The translations under genes and the position numbers were made by a program. A DNA stretch of 64,000 bases from Planctomycetota bacterium. GTDB taxonomy: Bacteria > Planctomycetota > JAJSAM01 > JAJVHW01. The stretch is taken from positions 544,001-608,000 of the forward strand of contig CBDFJG010000003.1 of assembly GCA_965248445.1 (NCBI GenBank), read 5' to 3'. The notes under the pieces were generated by a model. That model had not been told where the DNA came from and made no database searches. It saw only the letters and a list, made by a program, of their open reading frames with translations. Shown piece after piece: positions 37,032 through 47,078 of this stretch (within the stretch, counting starts at the first letter, position 1; each line of letters starts with the position of its first letter).

Positions 37032-38116
37032 GTCAGTGCACCGAGACCCAGCGAGAGCGTCTCGAGCGCGCGCGACAGTTGCGCCGGCGGTAGGCCGAAC
37101 GAGATGCGGAGCGCACCCTCCGCGTCGAAGAAGTGGCCCGGCACGACCTGCACGTCGAGGTCCGCGCGAAGCCGACGGGCGAGTTCGAGTGAGTCCTTGC
37201 AACCTGCGACGTCCACGAGTCCGGTGATTCCCGCGGCCGGAGGCACCCACGAAGCGCGCTCCTCGCTCTCCACCCACGCGTCCATGACGGGGCGCGCTCG
37301 GTCTGCGATCTGCCGGCCGCGCTCGCGAAGTGAATCGGCGTTCCGAACGCCGACCAGCGCGGCCCGGAGCGACGGCAGCGGATCGACACCGTGCGCGATC
37401 TCGCGTACGTGTTCGGCGCGAGCCAGGACCGCTGGGGGGGCGAACACCCAGCCCGCCCGCGCCGGTCCCCACCCGTAGCACTTGGTCAGCGACGACGTGA
37501 CGATCAGCCGGCCGTCGGGCCGGTACGCCGTCGCCACGGGCTCGGGCAGGAAGTCGCGGTAGACCTCGTCCACGAGGATCCACGTCCTGGTGCGCACGGC
37601 GAGCGCATGGAGCCCCTCCACGTCTGCGTCCGTGAACGGCACGGGCACGGGGTTGTAGAGGTCGGTGAGGCACACGATGCGCGCGCCCGCGCTGATCGCG
37701 TCCTCGACGCGCGCGACGTCGATCGCGTAGGAGTCCTCCGGACGTCGGTCGAGAGACGCGATGCGCGCCCCCGCGAGTCGTGCCGCCACCTCGAATGCGG
37801 GGTAGGCCGGCCGTTCGATCGCGACGAGTGGTGCTTCGTCGCCCGCGTCCCGCGCCAGTGTGATCAGAGCGGTCACCGACAGGAACACGCCGCCGCTCGC
37901 GCCGAGGGAGGGAAGGCAGTGATCGGCGGGAACGCCGTAGCGCGCCGCGATCGCGTCGGTCAGCGCGTGAGACTCCTCGCCCGTTGCGACGTCACCGGAG
38001 TCCTGCGACACGAATCCGTCAGGCGGAGCCGACACTCCGGACATGCAGAGTTCGTGCGTTGCCCCCTGCATCTCGTCGATGGCCCAGTGCAGGTAATTGA
38101 ACTGCTTGAATCGCAT
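37028..38116 (-). CDS. PLP-dependent aminotransferase class I/II
   Basis: LYNPV, ILVDEVYRDF, SSLTKCYGWGPARAGW and LRISFG. Confidence 0.9.
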   Translation of the reverse strand: MRFKQFNYLHWAIDEMQGATHELCMSGVSAPPDGFVSQDSGDVATGEESHALTDAIAARYGVPADHCLPSLGASGGVFLSVTALITLARDAGDEAPLVAIERPAYPAFEVAARLAGARIASLDRRPEDSYAIDVARVEDAISAGARIVCLTDLYNPVPVPFTDADVEGLHALAVRTRTWILVDEVYRDFLPEPVATAYRPDGRLIVTSSLTKCYGWGPARAGWVFAPPAVLARAEHVREIAHGVDPLPSLRAALVGVRNADSLRERGRQIADRARPVMDAWVESEERASWVPPAAGITGLVDVAGCKDSLELARRLRADLDVQVVPGHFFDAEGALRISFGLPPAQLSRALETLSLGLGALT

Positions 38117-38161
38117 GTCCGCATTCTGAACCCTGGGGGTGGGGGTCGGTACATTCCGACC

Positions 38162-39406
38162 ATGATGCGCACACTTCGTCCTCTCTCCACGCTCACGATT
38201 CTCGCAGCCGCGCTGCTGACCGTCGCCGTGTTGCGGCCGGCATCCGCCACGCCGGATGACGAACCGATTCGCGTTGCTGCCGATCCCGCTGCCGACGCGG
38301 GCGCACCGGCAGCGGGCGAGAGTCGGAGCGCCGCGGTGCCAGTTCCAGCGCGGGTGACCGGCAACGCGGTCAACATCCGCTCGGGACCGTCCGTGGACTA
38401 CAAGGCCGTCGGCCGCGCGAATCGCGGCGACGTGGTTCTGCTCGTCGCGACGGAGGGCGAGTGGAGCCGCGTGCGGCTTCCCGGCGGCCCCGTCGCCCAC
38501 GTGTTCGCTCCTCTGGTCGCGTGGAAAGAAGGCGATCTGCGCGCCAGGGTCAGCGCCGCGGACGTGCTGCTTCGCGCGTCGCCGAGCAAGGCGTTCTTCG
38601 CGTTCAAGGCGCAGAAGCTCCAGCGGGGCGACGAGCTCATCGTCCTGGGCAAGGTTGCGGGTGAGGGGGGAGACTGGCTGCGGTGCGTGGCGCCCGAGAC
38701 AGTGCACGTCTGGGTCCATTCCAAGTACGTCCGCCCGCTCGCCGAGAGCGAGCTCGCCGGGGTCGCCATGGAGCAGGAGCGCTTCGCACGGCACGACGCG
38801 CTCACCGACGGGCGCACGCGCGTCGAGCGCGATGAGCGCCGTGAGCGCGCCAAGGAGGAGCGCGCGTTCGCCGCCCGACTCGCGGACGGCGAGCGCCGTC
38901 TGGCCGGCGGCCTGCTGGGAACTCCCGACGCCGTGACGTGGCGGACCGCCGCTGACGACGCGCCGACCGAGGCGCTGGCCCGCCGCTCTCTGGACCTCGC
39001 CACGCGCATCGAGCGCGCCGTGACCGAGCGCGAGATCCTGGATGCGACCCGCAAGTCGCGGGCGGACGCCGAACGCGTCGCGCGTCTCGAGCAGGAGGCG
39101 CGCGAACTCGAGCAGCAGCGGCGCCGCGAAGCGGAGGAAGCCCGGCGGCGTCTGGAAGACGCACAGCGGCGTGCGGAGCAGAAGAAGCCGCAGCAACGTC
39201 TCGTCGCATTCGAGGGGACGATCTCGACGCGCGAGGACGGTACGGCCGTCGTCATCGTCGAGGGTGGCTCCGCGTACGACATCTCGAGCACCCGCTACCG
39301 ACTCCTCGACTACGCGGGTCGGCGTGTCCGGATTGATGGTAGTCAGCCCGCGATCGGCGGCCTGATCGAGATCACCGGGCTTCGCGTGCTTCCTTCGGCG
39401 CGCTGA
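38162..39406 (+). CDS. Exported SH3b-domain protein with a long coiled coil
   Basis: Signal peptide; VNIRSGPS...GEWSRV and VLLRASPS...GDWLRC (two SH3b domains); E/R-rich coiled coil. Confidence 0.8.
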   Translation: MMRTLRPLSTLTILAAALLTVAVLRPASATPDDEPIRVAADPAADAGAPAAGESRSAAVPVPARVTGNAVNIRSGPSVDYKAVGRANRGDVVLLVATEGEWSRVRLPGGPVAHVFAPLVAWKEGDLRARVSAADVLLRASPSKAFFAFKAQKLQRGDELIVLGKVAGEGGDWLRCVAPETVHVWVHSKYVRPLAESELAGVAMEQERFARHDALTDGRTRVERDERRERAKEERAFAARLADGERRLAGGLLGTPDAVTWRTAADDAPTEALARRSLDLATRIERAVTEREILDATRKSRADAERVARLEQEARELEQQRRREAEEARRRLEDAQRRAEQKKPQQRLVAFEGTISTREDGTAVVIVEGGSAYDISSTRYRLLDYAGRRVRIDGSQPAIGGLIEITGLRVLPSAR

Positions 39407-39527
39407 CTGGCCTGAGGGGGCCGCCGCTGGGCGGGCTGTTGTGTTCTGTTCGTCCGCTCACGCGGACGACACGACCGCGACCGGCGGCCTGATCGAGATC
39501 ACCGGGCTGCCTTCTGCGCGTTGATGC
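39348..39527 (+). repeat. Duplicated 3' end of the SH3b gene
   Basis: 39348-39381 and 39475-39508 match at 33/34 positions; weaker similarity continues through the stop codon. Confidence 0.85.
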
Positions 39528-39692
39528 TGGTTCATCTGCTGACGCGGATGAGACAGACCGCGATCGGCTTGTCCACTCGGCATCGGCCTGCGGCCGCTGC
39601 CTCGCGTTCGCTCCTGCCGAACCGTCCCGCGGACGCTTCGGCTGCCGCTGCGCGGCACCGTCGCTCACCCACTGACGCAGATGAGACGTGGG

Positions 39693-40748
39693 CTAGCGCA
39701 TCTCGTCGGGGGTCATCTCCTTGCGGAGGAGTGCGATCGCGCGGTAGAGGCGCGCCAGGCGCTTCTCGAGCGACTTCGACTTCGGGTCTTCCTCCGCCGC
39801 TTCCGCGTAGATGTTCCGCGCCTTGGTGAGGCTCTTGAAGGCCTCGCGGCGGTGGTTCTTGCGCTCGACGCCACTCGACGCGTCCGCCCCGGAGAGCTGG
39901 AAGTGATGGAGACCGTTCCGCTCTTCCTCCACTGCCTCCTCGAGTGACTTCCGCGTGGCGTTGCTGAAGTCGCCGCGGATCGTGAAGGCCGGTGCGACGT
40001 CTGGCATGTTCGACTTGCCGGTGCCGCCGATGCCGCTCGGTTCGTCATCCGTGTCGTCGGGGTGGGTCATTCCGTTGGTCATGCCGGATCCGCCACCTGT
40101 GCTGCGGCCGACGACCAGGAGGCCGTGCATCGTGATCGCCTCGTTGATCGCCCGTTCCGCGGCGCCGCCGGATCGCTTGGCCGCGGCGTTCAGCGCCGCC
40201 TCGACCGGCCCTCCGGAGACGGCGGCGTCGAGTGTGCCCTTGGCCAGCAGCGCGAGGTCCGCCTGGTACCCGGCGACCGCGGCGAAGCGCATGGCGGTCA
40301 GCCAATCGCTCTCGTCGTTCGTGCTCTGCGCACGGGCGCGCAGGTCGAAGAAGCGCTTCTGCCGCGTCGACTCCTCGCCGGCCGGTGGCAGCGCGCCATC
40401 GATCAGCGCGAGTGCGAGAGTGGTCTTGCGCCCGGACTGCTGAGCGCGCAGCTTCGTATGCGGATCCGGAGTCAGGCTCGCGGCGACGGTGTACGTCGGG
40501 AGGGCCGTGGCGAAGTCGCCGACGTCGTACGCGGCATCGGCCTTCGTGAGCGCGTCGCGGGCGGCTTGCGTCGGGTTCTTTCGGATCGCATCGACAGCCC
40601 CGTCCCCGATGTCATCCGACGAGACCGGCTGGTGTTCGTCCAACCCGATCATCGCCAGCGCGCCGTCGAAGCCCTCGGGGTGCACGAATGCCGCCATGCC
40701 GAATGCCACGGCGGCCACGAGAGGGATGACGAGGACGGCCTTGCCCAT
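39693..40748 (-). CDS. Hypothetical helical protein with an N-terminal signal/anchor
   Basis: Hydrophobic N-terminus, TPR-like helices, downstream of tgt on the same strand. Confidence 0.7.
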   Translation of the reverse strand: MGKAVLVIPLVAAVAFGMAAFVHPEGFDGALAMIGLDEHQPVSSDDIGDGAVDAIRKNPTQAARDALTKADAAYDVGDFATALPTYTVAASLTPDPHTKLRAQQSGRKTTLALALIDGALPPAGEESTRQKRFFDLRARAQSTNDESDWLTAMRFAAVAGYQADLALLAKGTLDAAVSGGPVEAALNAAAKRSGGAAERAINEAITMHGLLVVGRSTGGGSGMTNGMTHPDDTDDEPSGIGGTGKSNMPDVAPAFTIRGDFSNATRKSLEEAVEEERNGLHHFQLSGADASSGVERKNHRREAFKSLTKARNIYAEAAEEDPKSKSLEKRLARLYRAIALLRKEMTPDEMR

Positions 40749-40802
40749 CTTTCTACGCTCCGTCCCGGGCCGCGGCCGGCCACGCAAATTCGCCCCTGCG
40801 GC

Positions 40803-41933
40803 TCACTCGTGTGCCTCTACCAGACTCGCCAGCGTGTCGTGGCGAAACTGCTCGAACGAACCGTCGCAGATCGCCTCCCGCGTGCGGCGGGCGAGGTTCA
40901 ACATGAACGTCACGTTGTGCACGGCCAGCAGGGTCCAGACCAGCGGCTCGTCCACCTGAGACAGGTGGCGGATGTACCCGCGCGAGTGCGTGGCGCAGGT
41001 AGGGCAGCCGCACGTGTCGTCGAGCGGGCGTGTGTCCCTGGCGTGCTTCAGGTTGCGCATGCGCAGCGTGCCGCGGCTGGTGAGCGCGTGCTTGTGACGC
41101 GCGTTCCTCGTCGGCAGGACGCAGTCCATCATGTCGCTGCCGGCGGCGACGGCGGCCAGGAAGTCGCGCGGCGTTCCGATGCCCATCACGTAGCGCGGAC
41201 GGTCCGCGGGGAGGGCGTCGTTGGTGAGTGCGAGCACACGCCATGTATCGTCGTGTGACTCGCCCACGCTGAAGCCGCCGGCCGCGTAGCCGGGCGCATC
41301 CAATTCGACGAGTGCCTCGGCGCAGCGCAGGCGCAGATCGTCGAACACGCCGCCCTGCACGATCGGGAAGAGGGCCTGGTCGTCGCGGGTCTGCGCCGCC
41401 GCGCTCCGCCGCGCCCACGCGATCGTCGTGTCCACCGCGCGCTCCACGGTGGCGCGACCGGCGGGAAACTCGATGCAGTGGTCGAGCGGCATGACGATGT
41501 CCGCGCCGAGCGCCTCCTGCACCTCCATCACGCTTTCGGGCGTCAGGTGCAGGCTCTTGCCGTCGATCTCCGACTGGAACGTGACGCCGTCCGAGTCCAT
41601 GGCGCGCCGTGCCGCCAGCGACCAGACCTGGAAGCCGCCCGAGTCCGTGAGCAGGGGCCCGTCCCACGACATGAACTCGTGCAGCCCCCCGAGGTCCCGC
41701 ACCACATCCGCACCCGGACGCTGCATGAGGTGATACGCGTTGGCGAGGACGATGCCGGCACCCGCTTGACGCAGATCGGCGGTCGTCATGACCTTCATCG
41801 CCGCGCGTGTGCCGACCGGCATGAAGGCGGGCGTTGCGGCGCTGCCGTGGGGCGTCGCGATGGTCCCCGCGCGCGCACGTGTCGGTGTGTCCTGCGCCGC
41901 GAGCGTGAACGAGAACTCCCGAGGAACCGTCAC
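40803..41933 (-). CDS. tgt: Queuine tRNA-ribosyltransferase
   Basis: TPAFMPVGT, LANAYHL, TDSGGFQV, IVQGG, PRYVMGIG, DCVLPTRNAR and the CxCxxC zinc site. Confidence 0.97.
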   Translation of the reverse strand: MTVPREFSFTLAAQDTPTRARAGTIATPHGSAATPAFMPVGTRAAMKVMTTADLRQAGAGIVLANAYHLMQRPGADVVRDLGGLHEFMSWDGPLLTDSGGFQVWSLAARRAMDSDGVTFQSEIDGKSLHLTPESVMEVQEALGADIVMPLDHCIEFPAGRATVERAVDTTIAWARRSAAAQTRDDQALFPIVQGGVFDDLRLRCAEALVELDAPGYAAGGFSVGESHDDTWRVLALTNDALPADRPRYVMGIGTPRDFLAAVAAGSDMMDCVLPTRNARHKHALTSRGTLRMRNLKHARDTRPLDDTCGCPTCATHSRGYIRHLSQVDEPLVWTLLAVHNVTFMLNLARRTREAICDGSFEQFRHDTLASLVEAHE

Positions 41934-43216
41934 CACAGCCGGACCAGGCGTGCGCCCGGATAGTAGGTCGTGAGGATGTCCTCGGCCTTGAGTCCCCGCT
42001 CGGCAAGACCCTTCGCGCCCATCTGGCACAGCCCGACCCCGTGTCCCCAGCCGCGTCCGGCGACGTGCAACGCGCCGTCCGCGACGCGCAACTCGTCGAG
42101 GTGCACCGAGCGCAGCTTGCTCGGACCTGCCCGCAGGCGGAACTGGCCCGCCGCCACGTCGCGCGTGCCCTTGGTCGTCTTCACGCGGAGCGTGGTCGCT
42201 CGCTCGGCGCGGTCGCGTGCGGCGACGGTCACGGCCAGCAGCTCGCCGGTCAGTCCCGCCGCCCGCACGCAGTCCAGGGCAGGGATCTCCGCGGACCAGC
42301 GGTAGTACTTGCTGGCGGTGCACCATGCGCAGGGGACACCGGAGAGCGGGACGATGGGGGCGTCGGGGAACACAGACTGGACCGGCGAGGTGTGCCCGCC
42401 GCACGTCGAGTGGTAGTACGTGCGCAGCGGCGCCGACACATTCATCAGGACCATGCCGCGGGTGGACTGTGCCGCCTGCGCTGCCACAGCGCGATGCGTG
42501 TCCACCGTCGGGATGCCGACGTACTCCTGATCGGCGCCCCCGTGGTCGGCCATGTGGATGGGAGCGGCTGACAACCCTGCTCCGGAGGACGACCCTGCTG
42601 CGGACGAGGACAACGTGTATGTGCGCGCGATGATCGCCTGCGTACGCTGTGCCTCCGCGTGGAACGACGCCGGAAGCTCCCCCGGGACGACCCCGGCGAC
42701 GTACGTCTCGAGATCGGTCGCAATGGTCGCTTGGAACGAACCGTCGGCGCCTCTCTCCACGTACAGGACGCCGGGGTACACGCGGTCTCCGATGCGTAGA
42801 TCGCCCTCGGTGGCGGGATCCACGACGACGCCGTCCTCCGGGACGCGGAAGCCTGCAATCGATGCTTCGGTGCCGAGCACCAGGTCGCCGGACAGCGCGG
42901 ATCCCTGCCTTGCGGCGCGGCCGTTCGAGTCGATGAACTGGTACGCGCCGCGAATGGCGATCTTCGCGCGCCCGGCCTTGCTCGGCCGCGAGAGGCGGAT
43001 GCGGACTTCGGGCAGCGCGCGGGTCACGGCGGTGGCCGGTCCGTCGCGAGCCTTCGGTTCGTGGTCGCGCAGGATCTCCTCGACTTGTCGTCGCCGGTCG
43101 GTGCGCTTCGCCGGCGCCGGGCATCCCGCAAGGGCGAGTGCAATGAACGGCAAGAGGACCGCCATCAGTGCGCGCGGAGACGTGCGGTTCTCGGCAGGGC
43201 GGCAGCGAACGGCCAT
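41930..43216 (-). CDS. SpoIID/LytB-domain lipoprotein (lytic transglycosylase)
   Basis: Lipobox LAGC; LETYVAGVVPGE, QAIIARTY, YHSTCGGHT and GRGWGHGVGLCQMGA. The start may be 43165. Confidence 0.92.
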   Translation of the reverse strand: MAVRCRPAENRTSPRALMAVLLPFIALALAGCPAPAKRTDRRRQVEEILRDHEPKARDGPATAVTRALPEVRIRLSRPSKAGRAKIAIRGAYQFIDSNGRAARQGSALSGDLVLGTEASIAGFRVPEDGVVVDPATEGDLRIGDRVYPGVLYVERGADGSFQATIATDLETYVAGVVPGELPASFHAEAQRTQAIIARTYTLSSSAAGSSSGAGLSAAPIHMADHGGADQEYVGIPTVDTHRAVAAQAAQSTRGMVLMNVSAPLRTYYHSTCGGHTSPVQSVFPDAPIVPLSGVPCAWCTASKYYRWSAEIPALDCVRAAGLTGELLAVTVAARDRAERATTLRVKTTKGTRDVAAGQFRLRAGPSKLRSVHLDELRVADGALHVAGRGWGHGVGLCQMGAKGLAERGLKAEDILTTYYPGARLVRLW

Positions 43217-43217
43217 G

Positions 43218-44312
43218 TCAGAAGAGCGATCCCTGCGCCGGAGCACGGCCGTCCTCGCTCTGCGCCCACTCCGTCCCGCGCGCCGTCAGTGAACGCCCGC
43301 GCGGCGTGCGCATCATCCAACCCTCGGTCATGAGGAACGGCTCGTAGACCTCTTCGACGGTCTCCTCCTCCTCACCGACCGCGACCGCCAGCCCCTTGAG
43401 TCCGACCGGCCGGCCGGCGCGGTGCAGCGCCAGCAGGAGACGGCGATCGGTCTCTCCGAATCCGTTCTCGTCGATGCCGAGCCGACGTAGGGCCTGTTCA
43501 GCCAGCTCCTCCGTGATGTGCCCTTCGCCTTCGACCTGCGCGAAGTCGCGTACGCGCTTGACCAGCCGGTTCGCGATGCGCGGAGTGCCGCGCGCGCGCT
43601 CCGCGAGGACCTGCGCCGCCACGGCGTCGACGCCGACTCGCAGCCGCTCCGCACTACGGGTGACGATGGCTGCCAGATCGGGCGAGGCGTAGGGCCGGAC
43701 CTTCTCCATCAACCCGAAGCGACTGCGGAACGCGGCGGAGAGCTGTCCCTCCCGCGTGGTCGCTCCGACGAGCGTGAACCGCTGCAGCGGGACCTTGACG
43801 CTGCGCGCACTCGGCCCCTGATCGATCAGGATGTCGATCTCGAAGTCCTCCATCGCCGAGTAGAGGACCTCCTCGACGGTCGCCGGAATGCGGTGGATCT
43901 CGTCGATGAACAGGAGGTCACCGCTGGCCAGGTTCGTGAGGATCCCCGCGAGGTCGACCGCCCGGACGAGTGCCGGTCCGCTCGTGGCGCGGCAGGCCGA
44001 GCCCATCTCCCGGGCGATGATGTGCGCCAGGGAGGTCTTGCCGAGACCGGGCAGCCCCGACAGCAGCAGATGGTCGAGCGGCTCCCCGCGGTCCTGAGCT
44101 GCCTGGATGAACACACGCAGGTTGTCGACAAGAGCGGACTGCCCGACGAACTCGTCGAACGAGCGCGGTCGCAACGCGACGTCGAGACCCTCGTCGCCTG
44201 CGACCCCGTCGGGTTGCAGGAAGTCGGCGGGCAGGAACTCTCCGCCCGATGACTGGTCACCCTGAGACCCGGCAGGCAGGGACCCGGCAGGCAGAGATCC
44301 GTCGGCGCTCAC
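43218..44312 (-). CDS. ruvB: Holliday junction branch migration helicase RuvB
   Basis: LRPRSFDEFVGQ, GLPGLGKT, FIDEIHR, LYSAMEDF, GATTR, RGTPRIANRL and YEPFL. Confidence 0.98.
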   Translation of the reverse strand: MSADGSLPAGSLPAGSQGDQSSGGEFLPADFLQPDGVAGDEGLDVALRPRSFDEFVGQSALVDNLRVFIQAAQDRGEPLDHLLLSGLPGLGKTSLAHIIAREMGSACRATSGPALVRAVDLAGILTNLASGDLLFIDEIHRIPATVEEVLYSAMEDFEIDILIDQGPSARSVKVPLQRFTLVGATTREGQLSAAFRSRFGLMEKVRPYASPDLAAIVTRSAERLRVGVDAVAAQVLAERARGTPRIANRLVKRVRDFAQVEGEGHITEELAEQALRRLGIDENGFGETDRRLLLALHRAGRPVGLKGLAVAVGEEEETVEEVYEPFLMTEGWMMRTPRGRSLTARGTEWAQSEDGRAPAQGSLF

Positions 44313-44659
44313 GGACCGGCATGCTCCGCGGGAGCCAATCGATCCGCTGGAGCGCCCACTGAATCGAATGAGCTGTCCACGGAATCGAGTGAGAACGGGG
44401 ACCCAGCTGGCGTCGTGGTCACGGGCCCTTTCTGGGCCAAAGACCCAATCACTGGACGGGCGCGGTCGGTTGGGGCGTTCACGGCCTTATGAGGTCCGTT
44501 CAGGGGATGCGCGAGCGTACACGCCGAGAGGGACCCGCCGTAGTTGTCTGGCTCGTCCGCGCACGCGGACGATGCGGTGCGATCCGGAGCGCCGGGCATT
44601 TTCGGCGGCGACGCCGGTTTCGATGCCCGCGCGGGGAGCCGGCGCACCATCATCCGGAG

Positions 44660-45409
44660 ATGGCCTCGATGCAGGAGCCGGCCCGCATCCGCGGGATGTT
44701 CGCCGCGATCGCGGGTACGTACGACGTCCTCAACCATGTGCTCAGCCTCAACCAGGACAAGGGGTGGCGGCGGTTCACGGTGGAGGCCGCCGGCGTGCGC
44801 CCGGGAGACACGGTGCTGGACGTCTGCACCGGCACCGCCGACCTTGCTCTCGAACTGGCCGAAGCCGTCGGTCGCGGAGGCCGCGCGATCGGGACCGACT
44901 TCTGCGAGGAGATGGTCCGGCTCGGATCGGGCAAGGCGGGCGAGGAGGCGGGCGCCCCGCAACTCGGCGTCGCCGACACACTGCGGCTCCCGTTCCGCGA
45001 CGACACGTTCGACGCCGTGACGGTGGGATTCGGTATCCGCAACGTGGCCGATCTGGGCGCCGGGATCCGCGAGATGATGCGCGTGGCGCGTCCTGGCGGG
45101 CGGGTCGCGATCCTCGAGTTCACGCAGCCCTCGAACCCCCTGTTCCGGTTCGTCTACTACGTCTACTTCCTGATCCTCCTGCCGATCCTCGGGAACCTCG
45201 TGGCCGGCGGGAAGCGCAACGCGTACGGCTACCTGCCGCGGTCGGTGCTCACGTTCCCTGACCGCCACGGCCTCGCCCGCGTGTGCGAGCAGAGCGGCCT
45301 CGCCGACGTGCAGGTGCACACCCGCACATTCGGGATCGTGACCGTGCACGTCGGGCGCAAGCCCCATGAGACGGCCCGACTCGTGAGGGATCCGGGGGCA
45401 AGTCGATGA
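44660..45409 (+). CDS. ubiE: Demethylmenaquinone/ubiquinone methyltransferase UbiE/MenG
   Basis: MFAAIAGTYDVLNHVLS, LDVCTGTAD, FGIRNV, ILEF and YGYLPRS. Confidence 0.93.
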   Translation: MASMQEPARIRGMFAAIAGTYDVLNHVLSLNQDKGWRRFTVEAAGVRPGDTVLDVCTGTADLALELAEAVGRGGRAIGTDFCEEMVRLGSGKAGEEAGAPQLGVADTLRLPFRDDTFDAVTVGFGIRNVADLGAGIREMMRVARPGGRVAILEFTQPSNPLFRFVYYVYFLILLPILGNLVAGGKRNAYGYLPRSVLTFPDRHGLARVCEQSGLADVQVHTRTFGIVTVHVGRKPHETARLVRDPGASR

Positions 45410-46017
45410 AGCACGTCCTGCTGGCACTCTCCGGGGCCAGCGGCATCCGGTACGGCCTGCGCGCAGCGCGTGTGCTGCACGCGAACGGTGTCCGGCTGAC
45501 GCTCGCCGTCACCCGCGGTGCTGCGCGTGTCGCCGAGATCGAGGAGGGCCTGCGACTCGACCCGGAGGCGCCGGACGTGAGCGCTATTCTCGATCTTCCG
45601 CCGGAGGCCACGGCCGGAGAGACGCGGGGCGTCGCGCTCTCGGACATCGCCGCCGGCCCGTGTTCCGGAACGCACCCCGTCGATGGGATGATCGTCGTGC
45701 CGTGCTCGATGGGCACGCTCGCGCGCATTGCCGGCGGCATGTCGTCGAACTTCGTCGAGCGCGCGGCCGACGTCATGCTGAAGGAGGGCCGCCCGCTCGT
45801 TCTCGTGCCGCGCGAGGCGCCTCTCTCGCGCATCCACCTCGAGAACATGCTCCGCGTGCACGATGCGGGCGCCGCGATCGTGCCGGCGTCCCCCGGCTTC
45901 TACCATCAGCCCGAGTGCATCGACGATCTGGTCGACCAGGTGGTGCAGAAGGCCCTCGACCGGCTCGGTTCTCCGGCCGAGTTGATCCGCCGCTGGAAGG
46001 CGCCGCCCTCGTCGTGA
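45406..46017 (+). CDS. ubiX: Flavin prenyltransferase UbiX
   Basis: SGASG, VPCSMGTL, RAADVMLKEGRPLVLVPREAP and PGFYHQP. Confidence 0.95.
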   Translation: MKHVLLALSGASGIRYGLRAARVLHANGVRLTLAVTRGAARVAEIEEGLRLDPEAPDVSAILDLPPEATAGETRGVALSDIAAGPCSGTHPVDGMIVVPCSMGTLARIAGGMSSNFVERAADVMLKEGRPLVLVPREAPLSRIHLENMLRVHDAGAAIVPASPGFYHQPECIDDLVDQVVQKALDRLGSPAELIRRWKAPPSS

Positions 46018-46922
46018 CCTCGACTGCGGTGACCGAACGCCGCGGACTCGCTGCGGTGGGGTCGATCCTGGCGGACATCCGGTTCGAGCAGACGCTCTTC
46101 TCGTTGCCGTTCCTGCTCCTGTCCGCGTTCGTCGCGGCAGGCGGCCCACCCGCAGCGCGCGTGCTTGGCTGGATCCTCGTCGCGCTGGTCGCGGCGCGGT
46201 CCGCGGCGATGGCCGCGAATCGCTCGGCTGATGCGCTCATCGATGCGCGCAACCCCCGCACGGCGGAGCGCGCCGTTCCAGCCGGCCGCGTCTCGCGCGC
46301 GTTCATGGCCGTCTTCGCCGCCGTCGCGGCCGCCGTCTTCGTGCTGGCGGCGGCGCAGCTCAACCCGCTCTGCCTCGCTCTGTCGCCGGTCGCCCTGCTG
46401 TTCCTTATCGGGTACTCGTGGACCAAGCGGGTAACCGCCCTGTGCCACCTGTTTCTCGGAGCGGCCATCGGGATCGCACCGCTCGGCGCTTGGGCGGCGG
46501 TGCGCGGGACGTTCGCGAACGCCAGCGGTGCGGTCGATTGGACGCCCTGGCTGCTCGGCGGCGCCGTCGCGGCGTGGGTGGCCGGGTTCGACGTGATCTA
46601 CGCGTGCCCCGACGCCGATCGCGACGCCGCGGACGGGCTGCACTCGATCCCGGCACGACTGGGCGCCTCCGGCGCGTTCCGCGTCGCCGCGCTGCTGCAT
46701 GTCGCCGCGCTCGGCTTGTTTGCGGGAGGCGGCATCCTGGGCGGTCTGGGGCCCGTGTTCTGGGTGGCCGCCGCCGTCGGAGCCGGAATCCTGGTCCTCG
46801 AGCACCGGTTGGTTGGCCCCGGGCGGTACGAGCGAATGGGGCTGGCGTTCTTCCGCTTGAACGCGCTGTTCAGCGTGCTCCTGGCCGGGGCCGGAATCGT
46901 CGACGTCCTGCGCTCCGCTTGA
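46014..46922 (+). CDS. UbiA-family polyprenyltransferase (MqnP-like)
   Basis: IRFEQTLFSLPF, ARSAAMAANRSADALIDARNPRTAERAVPAG, YSWTKR and GFDVIYA; GTGA overlap. Confidence 0.9.
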   Translation: MTSTAVTERRGLAAVGSILADIRFEQTLFSLPFLLLSAFVAAGGPPAARVLGWILVALVAARSAAMAANRSADALIDARNPRTAERAVPAGRVSRAFMAVFAAVAAAVFVLAAAQLNPLCLALSPVALLFLIGYSWTKRVTALCHLFLGAAIGIAPLGAWAAVRGTFANASGAVDWTPWLLGGAVAAWVAGFDVIYACPDADRDAADGLHSIPARLGASGAFRVAALLHVAALGLFAGGGILGGLGPVFWVAAAVGAGILVLEHRLVGPGRYERMGLAFFRLNALFSVLLAGAGIVDVLRSA

Positions 46923-47078
46923 CGTCGGGGCCGTCGGCGGCAGCGGCTAGTCTCGTCGGGTTGCGGGGCGGTTCGCCGCTCGGCGTGCTGACTGCCCGGC
47001 TCGCGAGACTGGTTTCTACGGACGGCTGGGTTACGAGGTCGGCTGGGCTACGAGATCGGATTCGGAGGATCGGACCGG

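Noticed and set aside
40803..43124. 773-aa extended TGT
   Set aside because: The N-terminal 400 aa is off-frame read-through over spoIID; the real start is about 41933. The same artefact affects ORFs 37028-39196, 27711-29681, 33909-37031, 7072-8406 and 54169-55347.
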